Part shown: positions 42,501-57,800 of the stretch, one piece after another | Position numbering within the stretch: the stretch's first letter is position 1 | Layout: the number at the start of each line of letters is the position of its first letter | Source: Eledone cirrhosa | Taxonomy: Eukaryota | Length of the DNA: 64,000 bases | Direction of reading: 5' to 3' | Assembly (NCBI GenBank): GCA_964016885.1 | Contig: OZ024742.1 | Coordinates: 292,826,001-292,890,000 of the forward strand | Position numbers and translations under genes: made by a program | Notes under the pieces: generated by a model | Seen by the model: the letters and a program-made list of their open reading frames with translations, nothing else | Told to the model about the DNA's origin: nothing | The model's database searches: none

Positions 42501-45500
42501 GATATATCTGGTCATAAACACAACTATATTACTGAGTCAAGGTGATAGCTTAATAGATATATCTAGTCATAAACACAACTATACTGAGTCAAGGTGATAG
42601 CTTAATAGATATATCTGGTCATAAACACAACTATACTGAGTCAAGGTGATAGCTTAATAGATATATCTAGTCATAAACACAACTATATTACTGTGTCAAG
42701 GTGATATCTTAATAGATATATCTAGTCATAAACACAACTATTCTGAGTCAAGGTGATAGCTTAATAGATATATCTGGTCATACACACAACTATACTGAGT
42801 CAAGGTGATAGCTTAATAGATATATCTGGTCATAAACACAACTATACTGAGTCAAGGTGATAGCTTAATAGATATATCTAGTCATAAACACAACTATATT
42901 ACTGAGTCAAGGTGATAGCTTAATAGATATATCTAGTCATAAACACAACTATATTACTGAGTCAAGGTGATAGCTTAATAGATATATCTAGTCATAAACA
43001 CAACTATACTGAGTCAAGGTGATAGCTTAATAGATATATCTGGTCATAAACACAACTATATTACTGAGTCAAGGTGATAGCTTAATAGATATATCTAGTC
43101 ATAAACACAACTATATTACTGAGTAAAGTTGATAGCTTTATAGATATATCTGGTCATAAACACAACTATACTGAGTCAAGGTGATAGCTTAATAGATATA
43201 TCTAGTCATAAACACAACTATATTACTGAGTCAAGGTGATAGCTTAATAGATATATCTAGTCATAAACACAACTATACTGAGTCAAGGTGATAGCTTAAT
43301 AGATATATCTGGTCATAAACACAACTATACTGAGTCAAGGTGATAGCTTAATAGATATATCTAGTCATAAACACAACTATATTACTGAGTCAAGGTGATA
43401 GCTTAATAGATATATCTAGTCATAAACACAACTATATTACTGAGTCAAGGTGATAGCTTAATAGATATATCTAGTAATAAACACAACTATACTGAGTCAA
43501 GGTGGTAGCTTAATAGATATATCTGGTCATAAACACAACTATACTGAGTCAAGGTGATAGCTTAATAGATATATCTAGTCATAAACACAACTATACTGAG
43601 ACAAGGTGATAGCTTCATAGATATATCTAGTCATAAACCAACTATATTACTGAGTCAAGGTGATAGCTTAATAGATATATCTAGTCATAAACACAACTAT
43701 ATTACTGAGTCAAGGTGATAGCTTAATAGATATATCTAGTCATAAACACAACTATATTACTGAGTCAAGGTGATAGCTTAATAGATATATCTAGTCATAA
43801 ACACAACTATTCTGAGTCAAGGTGATAGCTTAATAGATATATCTGGTCATACACACAACTATACTGAGTCAAGGTGATAGCTTAATAGATATATCTGGTC
43901 ATAAACACAACTATACTGAGTCAAGGTGATAGCTTAATAGATATATCTAGTCATAAACACAACTATACTGAGTCAAGGTGATAGCTTAATAGATATATCT
44001 AGTCATAAACACAACTATATTACTGAGTCAAAGTGATAGCTTAATAGATATATCTAGTCATAAACACAACTATATTACTGAGTAAAGGTGATAGCTTAAT
44101 AGATATATCTGGTCATAAACACAACTATACTGAGTCAAGGTGATAGCTTAATAGATATATCTAGTCATAAACACAACTATACTGAGTCAAGGTGATAGCT
44201 TAATAGATATATCTAGTCATAAACACAACTATATTAGTGAGTCAAGGTGATAGCTTAATAGATATATCTAGTCATCAACACAACTATATTACTGAGTCAA
44301 GGTGATAGCTTAATAGATATATCTAGTCATCAACACAACTATATTACTGAGTCAAGGTGATAGCTTAATAGATATATCTAGTCATAAACACAACTATATT
44401 ACTGAGTGAAGGTGATAGCTTAATATATATATCTGGTCATAAACACAACTATACTGTGACAAGGTGATAGCTTAATAGATATATCTGGTCATAAACACAA
44501 CTATGTTACTGAGTCAAGGTGATAGCTTAATAGATATATCTGGTCATAAACACAACTATACTGTGTCAAGGTGATAGCTTAATAGATATATCTGGTCATA
44601 AACACAACTATATTACTGAGTCAAAGTGATAGCTTAATAGATATATCTAGTCATAAACCAACTATATTACTGAGTCAAGGTGATAGCTTAATAGATATAT
44701 CTAGTCATAAACACAACTATATTACTGAGTCAAGGTGATAGCTTAATAGATATATCTAGTCATAAACACAACTATACTGAGTCAAGGTGATAGCTTAATA
44801 GATATATCTAGTCATAAACCCAACTATATTACTGAGTCAAGGTGATAGCTTAATAGATATATCTAGTCATGAAGCAACTATATTACTGTGTCAAGGTGAT
44901 AGCTTAATAGATATATCTAGTCATAAACACAACTATATTACTGAGTCAATGTGATAGCTTAATAGATATATCTGGTCATAAACACAACTATACTGTGTCA
45001 AGGTGATAGCTTAATAGATATATCTCGTCATAAACACAACTATACTGAGTCAAGGTGATAGCTTAATAGATACATCTAGTCATAAACACAACTCTATTAC
45101 TAAGTCAAGGTGATAGATTAATAGATATATCTGGTCATAAACACAACTATACTGTGTCAAGGTGATAGCTTAATAGATATATCTCGTCATCAACACAACT
45201 ATGTTACTGAGTCAAGGTGATAGCTTAATATATATATCTAGTCATCAACACAACTATATTACTGAGTCAAGGTGATAGCTTAATAGATATATATGGTCAT
45301 AAACACAACTCTACTGAGTCAAGGTGATAGCTTAATAGATATATATAGTCATAAACACAACTATATAACTGAGTCAAGGTGATAGCTTAATAGATATATC
45401 TAGTCATAAACACAACTATACTGAGTCAAGGTGATAGCTTAATAGATATATCTTGTCATAAACACAACTATACCGAGTCAAGGTGATAGCTTAATAGATA

Positions 45501-48500
45501 TATCTGGTAATAAACACAACTATACTGTGTCAAGGTGATAGCTTAATAGATATATCTAGTCATAAACACAACTATATTACTGAGTCAAGGTGATAGCTTA
45601 ATAGATATATCTAGTCATAAACACAACTATATTACTGAGTCAAGGTGTTAGCTTAATAGATATATCTAGTCATAAACACAACTATACTGAGTCAAGGTGA
45701 TAGCTTAATAGATATATCTAGTCATAAACACAACTATATTACTGAGTCAAGGTGATAGCTTAATAGATATATCTAGTCATAAACATAACTATATTACTGA
45801 GTCAAGGTGATAGCTTAATAGATGTATCTGGTCATAAACAAAACTATACTGAGTCAAGGTGATAGCTTAATAGATGTATCTGGTCATAAACACTACTATG
45901 TTACTGAGTCAAGGTGATAGCTTCATAGATATATCTGGTCATAAACACAACTATACTGTGTCAAGGTGATAGCTTAATAGATATATCTGGTCATAAACAC
46001 AACTATATTACTGAGTCAAGGTGATAGCTTAATAGATATATCTAGTCTTAAACACAACTATATTACTGAGTCAAGGTGATAGCTTAATAGATATATCTAG
46101 TCATACACACAACTATACTGAGTCAAGGTGATAGCTTAATAGATATATCTGGTCATAAACACAACTATATTACTGAGTCAAGGTGATAGCTTAATAGATA
46201 TATATGGTCATAAACACAACTCTACTGAGTCAAGGTGATAGCTTAATAGATATATATAGTCATAAACACAACTATATAACTGAGTCAAGGTGATAGCTTA
46301 ATAGATATATCTAGTCATAAACACAACTATACTGAGTCAAGGTGATAGCTTAATAGATATATCTGGTCATAAACACAACTATACCGAGTCAAGGTGATAG
46401 CTTAATAGATATATCTGGTAATAAACACAACTATACTGTGTCAAGGTGATAGCTTAATAGATATATCTAGTCATAAACACAACTATATTACTGAGTCAAG
46501 GTGATAGCTTAATAGATATTTCTAGTCATAAACACAACTATATTACTGAGTCAAGGTGTTAGCTTAATAGATATATCTAGTCATAAACACAACTATATTA
46601 CTGAGTCAAGGTGATAGCTTAATAGATATATCTAGTCATAAACACAACTATATTACTCAGTCAAGGTGATAGCTTAATAGATATATGTAGTCATAAACAC
46701 AACTATATTACTGAGTCAAAGTGATAGCTTAATAGATATATCTAGTCATAAACACAACTATATTACTGAGTAAAGGTGATAGCTTAATAGATATATCTGG
46801 TCATAAACACAACTATACTGAGTCAAGGTGATAGCTTAATAGAAATATCTAGTCATAAACCAACTATATTACTGAGTCAAGGTGATAGCTTAATAGATAT
46901 ATCTAGTCATAAACACAACTATATTACTGAGTCAAGGTGATAGCTTAATAGATATATCTAGTCATAAACACAACTATATTACTGAGTCAAGGTGATAGCT
47001 TAATAGATATATCTGGTCATAAACACAACTATATTACTGAGTCAAGGTGATAGCTTAATAGATATATCTAGTCATAAACACAACTATACTGAGTCAAGGT
47101 GATAGCTTAATAGATATATCTGGTCATAAACACAACTATACTGAGTCAAGGTGATAGCTTAATAGATATATCTAGTCATAAACACAACTATATTACTGTG
47201 TCAAGGTGATATCTTAATAGATATATCTAGTCATAAACACAACTATTCTGAGTCAAGGTGATAGCTTAATAGATATATCTGGTCATACACACAACTATAC
47301 TGAGTCAAGGTGATAGCTTAATAGATATATCTGGTCATAAACACAACTATACTGAGTCAAGGTGATAGCTTAATAGATATATCTAGTCATAAACACAACT
47401 ATATTACTGAGTCAAGGTGATAGCTTAATAGATATATCTAGTCATAAACACAACTATATTACTGAGTCAAGGTGATAGCTTAATAGATATATCTAGTCAT
47501 AAACACAACTATACTGAGTCAAGGTGATAGCTTAATAGATATATCTGGTCATAAACACAACTATATTACTGAGTCAAGGTGATAGCTTAATAGATATATC
47601 TAGTCATAAACACAACTATATTACTGAGTAAAGTTGATAGCTTTATAGATATATCTGGTCATAAACACAACTATACTGAGTCAAGGTGATAGCTTAATAG
47701 ATATATCTAGTCATAAACACAACTATATTACTGAGTCAAGGTGATAGCTTAATAGATATATCTAGTCATAAACACAACTATACTGAGTCAAGGTGATAGC
47801 TTAATAGATATATCTGGTCATAAACACAACTATACTGAGTCAAGGTGATAGCTTAATAGATATATCTAGTCATAAACACAACTATATTACTGAGTCAAGG
47901 TGATAGCTTAATAGATATATCTAGTCATAAACACAACTATATTACTGAGTCAAGGTGATAGCTTAATAGATATATCTAGTAATAAACACAACTATACTGA
48001 GTCAAGGTGGTAGCTTAATAGATATATCTGGTCATAAACACAACTATACTGAGTCAAGGTGATAGCTTAATAGATATATCTAGTCATAAACACAACTATA
48101 CTGAGACAAGGTGATAGCTTCATAGATATATCTAGTCATAAACCAACTATATTACTGAGTCAAGGTGATAGCTTAATAGATATATCTAGTCATAAACACA
48201 ACTATATTACTGAGTCAAGGTGATAGCTTAATAGATATATCTAGTCATAAACACAACTATATTACTGAGTCAAGGTGATAGCTTAATAGATATATCTAGT
48301 CATAAACACAACTATTCTGAGTCAAGGTGATAGCTTAATAGATATATCTGGTCATACACACAACTATACTGAGTCAAGGTGATAGCTTAATAGATATATC
48401 TGGTCATAAACACAACTATACTGAGTCAAGGTGATAGCTTAATAGATATATCTAGTCATAAACACAACTATACTGAGTCAAGGTGATAGCTTAATAGATA

Positions 48501-51500
48501 TATCTAGTCATAAACACAACTATATTACTGAGTCAAAGTGATAGCTTAATAGATATATCTAGTCATAAACACAACTATATTACTGAGTAAAGGTGATAGC
48601 TTAATAGATATATCTGGTCATAAACACAACTATACTGAGTCAAGGTGATAGCTTAATAGATATATCTAGTCATAAACCAACTATATTACTGAGTCAAGGT
48701 GATAGCTTAATAGATATATCTAGTCATAAACACAACTATATTACTGAGTCAAGGTGATAGCTTAATAGATATATCTAGTCATAAACACAACTATATTACT
48801 GAGTCAAGGTGATAGCTTAATAGATATATCTGGTCATAAACACAACTATATTACTGAGTCAAGGTGATAGCTTAATAGATATATCTAGTCATAAACACAA
48901 CTATACTGAGTCAAGGTGATAGCTTAATAGATATATCTGGTAATAAACACAACTATACTGTGTCAAGGTGATAGCTTAATAGATATATCTAGTCATAAAC
49001 ACAACTATATTACTGAGTCAAGGTGATAGCTTAATAGATATTTCTAGTCATAAACACAACTATATTACTGAGTCAAGGTGTTAGCTTAATAGATATATCT
49101 AGTCATAAACACAACTATATTACTGAGTCAAGGTGATAGCTTAATAGATATATCTAGTCATAAACACAACTATATTACTCAGTCAAGGTGATAGCTTAAT
49201 AGATATATGTAGTCATAAACACAACTATATTACTGAGTCAAAGTGATAGCTTAATAGATATATCTAGTCATAAACACAACTATATTACTGAGTAAAGGTG
49301 ATAGCTTAATAGATATATCTGGTCATAAACACAACTATACTGAGTCAAGGTGATAGCTTAATAGAAATATCTAGTCATAAACCAACTATATTACTGAGTC
49401 AAGGTGATAGCTTAATAGATATATCTAGTCATAAACACAACTATATTACTGAGTCAAGGTGATAGCTTAATAGATATATCTAGTCATAAACACAACTATA
49501 TTACTGAGTCAAGGCGATAGCTTAATAGATATATCTGGTCATAAACACAACTATATTACTGAGTCAAGGTGATAGCTTAATAGATATATCTAGTCATCAA
49601 CACAACTATATTACTGAGTCAAGGTGATAGCTTAATAGATATATCTAGTCATAAACACAACTATATTACTGAGTGAAGGTGATAGCTTAATATATATATC
49701 TGGTCATAAACACAACTATACTGTGACAAGGTGATAGCTTAATAGATATATCTGGTCATAAACACAACTATGTTACTGAGTCAAGGTGATAGCTTAATAG
49801 ATATATCTGGTCATAAACACAACTATACTGTGTCAAGGTGATAGCTTAATAGATATATCTGGTCATAAACACAACTATATTACTGAGTCAAAGTGATAGC
49901 TTAATAGATATATCTAGTCATAAACCAACTATATTACTGAGTCAAGGTGATAGCTTAATAGATATATCTAGTCATAAACACAACTATATTACTGAGTCAA
50001 GGTGATAGCTTAATAGATATATCTAGTCATAAACACAACTATACTGAGTCAAGGTGATAGCTTAATAGATATATCTAGTCATAAACCCAACTATATTACT
50101 GAGTCAAGGTGATAGCTTAATAGATATATCTAGTCATGAAGCAACTATATTACTGTGTCAAGGTGATAGCTTAATAGATATATCTAGTCATAAACACAAC
50201 TATATTACTGAGTCAATGTGATAGCTTAATAGATATATCTGGTCATAAACACAACTATACTGTGTCAAGGTGATAGCTTAATAGATATATCTCGTCATAA
50301 ACACAACTATACTGAGTCAAGGTGATAGCTTAATAGATACATCTAGTCATAAACACAACTCTATTACTAAGTCAAGGTGATAGATTAATAGATATATCTG
50401 GTCATAAACACAACTATACTGTGTCAAGGTGATAGCTTAATAGATATATCTCGTCATCAACACAACTATGTTACTGAGTCAAGGTGATAGCTTAATATAT
50501 ATATCTAGTCATCAACACAACTATATTACTGAGTCAAGGTGATAGCTTAATAGATATATATGGTCATAAACACAACTCTACTGAGTCAAGGTGATAGCTT
50601 AATAGATATATATAGTCATAAACACAACTATATAACTGAGTCAAGGTGATAGCTTAATAGATATATCTAGTCATAAACACAACTATACTGAGTCAAGGTG
50701 ATAGCTTAATAGATATATCTTGTCATAAACACAACTATACCGAGTCAAGGTGATAGCTTAATAGATATATCTGGTAATAAACACAACTATACTGTGTCAA
50801 GGTGATAGCTTAATAGATATATCTAGTCATAAACACAACTATATTACTGAGTCAAGGTGATAGCTTAATAGATATATCTAGTCATAAACACAACTATATT
50901 ACTGAGTCAAGGTGTTAGCTTAATAGATATATCTAGTCATAAACACAACTATACTGAGTCAAGGTGATAGCTTAATAGATATATCTAGTCATAAACACAA
51001 CTATATTACTGAGTCAAGGTGATAGCTTAATAGATATATCTAGTCATAAACATAACTATATTACTGAGTCAAGGTGATAGCTTAATAGATGTATCTGGTC
51101 ATAAACAAAACTATACTGAGTCAAGGTGATAGCTTAATAGATGTATCTGGTCATAAACACTACTATGTTACTGAGTCAAGGTGATAGCTTCATAGATATA
51201 TCTGGTCATAAACACAACTATACTGTGTCAAGGTGATAGCTTAATAGATATATCTGGTCATAAACACAACTATATTACTGAGTCAAGGTGATAGCTTAAT
51301 AGATATATCTAGTCTTAAACACAACTATATTACTGAGTCAAGGTGATAGCTTAATAGATATATCTAGTCATACACACAACTATACTGAGTCAAGGTGATA
51401 GCTTAATAGATATATCTGGTCATAAACACAACTATATTACTGAGTCAAGGTGATAGCTTAATAGATATATATGGTCATAAACACAACTCTACTGAGTCAA

Positions 51501-54500
51501 GGTGATAGCTTAATAGATATATATAGTCATAAACACAACTATATAACTGAGTCAAGGTGATAGCTTAATAGATATATCTAGTCATAAACACAACTATACT
51601 GAGTCAAGGTGATAGCTTAATAGATATATCTGGTCATAAACACAACTATACCGAGTCAAGGTGATAGCTTAATAGATATATCTGGTAATAAACACAACTA
51701 TACTGTGTCAAGGTGATAGCTTAATAGATATATCTAGTCATAAACACAACTATATTACTGAGTCAAGGTGATAGCTTAATAGATATTTCTAGTCATAAAC
51801 ACAACTATATTACTGAGTCAAGGTGTTAGCTTAATAGATATATCTAGTCATAAACACAACTATATTACTGAGTCAAGGTGATAGCTTAATAGATATATCT
51901 AGTCATAAACACAACTATATTACTCAGTCAAGGTGATAGCTTAATAGATATATGTAGTCATAAACACAACTATATTACTGAGTCAAAGTGATAGCTTAAT
52001 AGATATATCTAGTCATAAACACAACTATATTACTGAGTAAAGGTGATAGCTTAATAGATATATCTGGTCATAAACACAACTATACTGAGTCAAGGTGATA
52101 GCTTAATAGAAATATCTAGTCATAAACCAACTATATTACTGAGTCAAGGTGATAGCTTAATAGATATATCTAGTCATAAACACAACTATATTACTGAGTC
52201 AAGGTGATAGCTTAATAGATATATCTAGTCATAAACACAACTATATTACTGAGTCAAGGTGATAGCTTAATAGATATATCTGGTCATAAACACAACTATA
52301 TTACTGAGTCAAGGTGATAGCTTAATAGATATATCTAGTCATAAACACAACTATACTGAGTCAAGGTGATAGCTTAATAGATATATCTGGTCATAAACAC
52401 AACTATACTGAGTCAAGGTGATAGCTTAATAGATATATCTAGTCATAAACACAACTATATTACTGTGTCAAGGTGATATCTTAATAGATATATCTAGTCA
52501 TAAACACAACTATTCTGAGTCAAGGTGATAGCTTAATAGATATATCTGGTCATACACACAACTATACTGAGTCAAGGTGATAGCTTAATAGATATATCTG
52601 GTCATAAACACAACTATACTGAGTCAAGGTGATAGCTTAATAGATATATCTAGTCATAAACACAACTATATTACTGAGTCAAGGTGATAGCTTAATAGAT
52701 ATATCTAGTCATAAACACAACTATATTACTGAGTCAAGGTGATAGCTTAATAGATATATCTAGTCATAAACACAACTATACTGAGTCAAGGTGATAGCTT
52801 AATAGATATATCTGGTCATAAACACAACTATATTACTGAGTCAAGGTGATAGCTTAATAGATATATCTAGTCATAAACACAACTATATTACTGAGTAAAG
52901 TTGATAGCTTTATAGATATATCTGGTCATAAACACAACTATACTGAGTCAAGGTGATAGCTTAATAGATATATCTAGTCATAAACACAACTATATTACTG
53001 AGTCAAGGTGATAGCTTAATAGATATATCTAGTCATAAACACAACTATACTGAGTCAAGGTGATAGCTTAATAGATATATCTGGTCATAAACACAACTAT
53101 ACTGAGTCAAGGTGATAGCTTAATAGATATATCTAGTCATAAACACAACTATATTACTGAGTCAAGGTGATAGCTTAATAGATATATCTAGTCATAAACA
53201 CAACTATATTACTGAGTCAAGGTGATAGCTTAATAGATATATCTAGTAATAAACACAACTATACTGAGTCAAGGTGGTAGCTTAATAGATATATCTGGTC
53301 ATAAACACAACTATACTGAGTCAAGGTGATAGCTTAATAGATATATCTAGTCATAAACACAACTATACTGAGACAAGGTGATAGCTTCATAGATATATCT
53401 AGTCATAAACCAACTATATTACTGAGTCAAGGTGATAGCTTAATAGATATATCTAGTCATAAACACAACTATATTACTGAGTCAAGGTGATAGCTTAATA
53501 GATATATCTAGTCATAAACACAACTATATTACTGAGTCAAGGTGATAGCTTAATAGATATATCTAGTCATAAACACAACTATTCTGAGTCAAGGTGATAG
53601 CTTAATAGATATATCTGGTCATACACACAACTATACTGAGTCAAGGTGATAGCTTAATAGATATATCTGGTCATAAACACAACTATACTGAGTCAAGGTG
53701 ATAGCTTAATAGATATATCTAGTCATAAACACAACTATACTGAGTCAAGGTGATAGCTTAATAGATATATCTAGTCATAAACACAACTATATTACTGAGT
53801 CAAAGTGATAGCTTAATAGATATATCTAGTCATAAACACAACTATATTACTGAGTAAAGGTGATAGCTTAATAGATATATCTGGTCATAAACACAACTAT
53901 ACTGAGTCAAGGTGATAGCTTAATAGATATATCTAGTCATAAACCAACTATATTACTGAGTCAAGGTGATAGCTTAATAGATATATCTAGTCATAAACAC
54001 AACTATATTACTGAGTCAAGGTGATAGCTTAATAGATATATCTAGTCATAAACACAACTATATTACTGAGTCAAGGTGATAGCTTAATAGATATATCTGG
54101 TCATAAACACAACTATATTACTGAGTCAAGGTGATAGCTTAATAGATATATCTAGTCATAAACACAACTATACTGAGTCAAGGTGATAGCTTAATAGATA
54201 TATCTGGTAATAAACACAACTATACTGTGTCAAGGTGATAGCTTAATAGATATATCTAGTCATAAACACAACTATATTACTGAGTCAAGGTGATAGCTTA
54301 ATAGATATTTCTAGTCATAAACACAACTATATTACTGAGTCAAGGTGTTAGCTTAATAGATATATCTAGTCATAAACACAACTATATTACTGAGTCAAGG
54401 TGATAGCTTAATAGATATATCTAGTCATAAACACAACTATATTACTCAGTCAAGGTGATAGCTTAATAGATATATGTAGTCATAAACACAACTATATTAC

Positions 54501-54830
54501 TGAGTCAAAGTGATAGCTTAATAGATATATCTAGTCATAAACACAACTATATTACTGAGTAAAGGTGATAGCTTAATAGATATATCTGGTCATAAACACA
54601 ACTATACTGAGTCAAGGTGATAGCTTAATAGAAATATCTAGTCATAAACCAACTATATTACTGAGTCAAGGTGATAGCTTAATAGATATATCTAGTCATA
54701 AACACAACTATATTACTGAGTCAAGGTGATAGCTTAATAGATATATCTAGTCATAAACACAACTATATTACTGAGTCAAGGCGATAGCTTAATAGATATA
54801 TCTGGTCATAAACACAACTATATTACTGAG
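39600..54830. repeat. Three copies of a 4.5-5.3 kb unit (offsets 4505 and 5267 bp)
   Basis: GAGTGAAGG at 39899/44404/49671, GTCATGAAGC at 40361/44866/50133, and GAGTAAAGTTGATAGCTTTA at 43121/47626/52893. Confidence 0.9.
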
Positions 54831-57800
54831 TCAAGGTGATAGCTTAATAGATATATCTAGTCATAAACACAACTATACTGAGTCAAGGTGATAGCTTAAT
54901 AGATATATCTGGTCATAAACACAACTATACTGAGTCAAGGTGATAGCTTAATAGATATATCTAGTCATAAACACAACTATATTACTGTGTCAAGGTGATA
55001 TCTTAATAGATATATCTAGTCATAAACACAACTATTCTGAGTCAAGGTGATAGCTTAATAGATATATCTGGTCATACACACAACTATACTGAGTCAAGGT
55101 GATAGCTTAATAGATATATCTGGTCATAAACACAACTATACTGAGTCAAGGTGATAGCTTAATAGATATATCTAGTCATAAACACAACTATATTACTGAG
55201 TCAAGGTGATAGCTTAATAGATATATCTAGTCATAAACACAACTATATTACTGAGTCAAGGTGATAGCTTAATAGATATATCTAGTCATAAACACAACTA
55301 TACTGAGTCAAGGTGATAGCTTAATAGATATATCTGGTCATAAACACAACTATATTACTGAGTCAAGGTGATAGCTTAATAGATATATCTAGTCATAAAC
55401 ACAACTATATTACTGAGTAAAGTTGATAGCTTTATAGATATATCTGGTCATAAACACAACTATACTGAGTCAAGGTGATAGCTTAATAGATATATCTAGT
55501 CATAAACACAACTATATTACTGAGTCAAGGTGATAGCTTAATAGATATATCTAGTCATAAACACAACTATACTGAGTCAAGGTGATAGCTTAATAGATAT
55601 ATCTGGTCATAAACACAACTATACTGAGTCAAGGTGATAGCTTAATAGATATATCTAGTCATAAACACAACTATATTACTGAGTCAAGGTGATAGCTTAA
55701 TAGATATATCTAGTCATAAACACAACTATATTACTGAGTCAAGGTGATAGCTTAATAGATATATCTAGTAATAAACACAACTATACTGAGTCAAGGTGGT
55801 AGCTTAATAGATATATCTGGTCATAAACACAACTATACTGAGTCAAGGTGATAGCTTAATAGATATATCTAGTCATAAACACAACTATACTGAGACAAGG
55901 TGATAGCTTCATAGATATATCTAGTCATAAACCAACTATATTACTGAGTCAAGGTGATAGCTTAATAGATATATCTAGTCATAAACACAACTATATTACT
56001 GAGTCAAGGTGATAGCTTAATAGATATATCTAGTCATAAACACAACTATATTACTGAGTCAAGGTGATAGCTTAATAGATATATCTAGTCATAAACACAA
56101 CTATTCTGAGTCAAGGTGATAGCTTAATAGATATATCTGGTCATACACACAACTATACTGAGTCAAGGTGATAGCTTAATAGATATATCTGGTCATAAAC
56201 ACAACTATACTGAGTCAAGGTGATAGCTTAATAGATATATCTAGTCATAAACACAACTATACTGAGTCAAGGTGATAGCTTAATAGATATATCTAGTCAT
56301 AAACACAACTATATTACTGAGTCAAAGTGATAGCTTAATAGATATATCTAGTCATAAACACAACTATATTACTGAGTAAAGGTGATAGCTTAATAGATAT
56401 ATCTGGTCATAAACACAACTATACTGAGTCAAGGTGATAGCTTAATAGATATATCTAGTCATAAACCAACTATATTACTGAGTCAAGGTGATAGCTTAAT
56501 AGATATATCTAGTCATAAACACAACTATATTACTGAGTCAAGGTGATAGCTTAATAGATATATCTAGTCATAAACACAACTATATTACTGAGTCAAGGTG
56601 ATAGCTTAATAGATATATCTGGTCATAAACACAACTATATTACTGAGTCAAGGTGATAGCTTAATAGATATATCTAGTCATAAACACAACTATACTGAGT
56701 CAAGGTGATAGCTTAATAGATATATCTGGTCATAAACACAACTATACTGAGTCAAGGTGATAGCTTAATAGATATATCTAGTCATAAACACAACTATATT
56801 ACTGAGTCAAGGTGATAGCTTAATAGATATATCTAGTCATAAACACAACTATTCTGAGTCAAGGTGGTAGCTTAATAGATATATCTGGTCATACACACAA
56901 CTATACTGAGTCAAGGTGATAGCTTAATAGATATATCTGGTCATAAACACAACTATACTGAGTCAAGGTGATAGCTTAATAGATATATCTAGTCATAAAC
57001 ACAACTATATTACTGAGTCAAGGTGATAGCTTAATAGATATATCTAGTCATAAACACAACTATATTACTGAGTCAAGGTGATAGCTTAATAGATATATCT
57101 AGTCATAAACACAACTATACTGAGTCAAGGTGATAGCTTAATAGATATATCTGGTCATAAACACAACTATATTACTGAGTCAAGGTGATAGCTTAATAGA
57201 TATATCTAGTCATAAACACAACTATATTACTGAGGCAAGGTGATAGCTTAATAGATATATCTAGTCATAAACACAACTATATTACTGAGTCAAGGTGATA
57301 GCTTAATAGATATATCTAGTCATAAACACAACTATATTACTGAGTCAAGGTGATAGCTTAATAGATATATGTAGTCATAAACACAACTATATTACTGAGT
57401 CAAGGTGATAGCTTAATAGATATATCTAGTCATAAACACAACTATATTACTGAGTAAAGGTGATAGCTTAATAGATATATCTGGTCATAAACACAACTAT
57501 ACTGAGTCAAGGTGATAGCTTAATAGATATATCTAGTCATAAACACAACTATATTACTGAGTCAAGGTGATAGCTTAATAGATATATCTAGTCATAAACA
57601 CAAATATACTGAGTCAAGGTGATAGCTTAATAGATATATCTGGTCATAAACACAACTATACTGAGTCAAGGTGATAGCTTAATAGATATATCTCGTCATA
57701 AACACAGCTATATTACTGAGTCAAGGTGATAGCTTAATAGATATATCTAGTCATAAACACAACTATATTACTGAGTCAAGGTGATAGCTTAATAGATATA

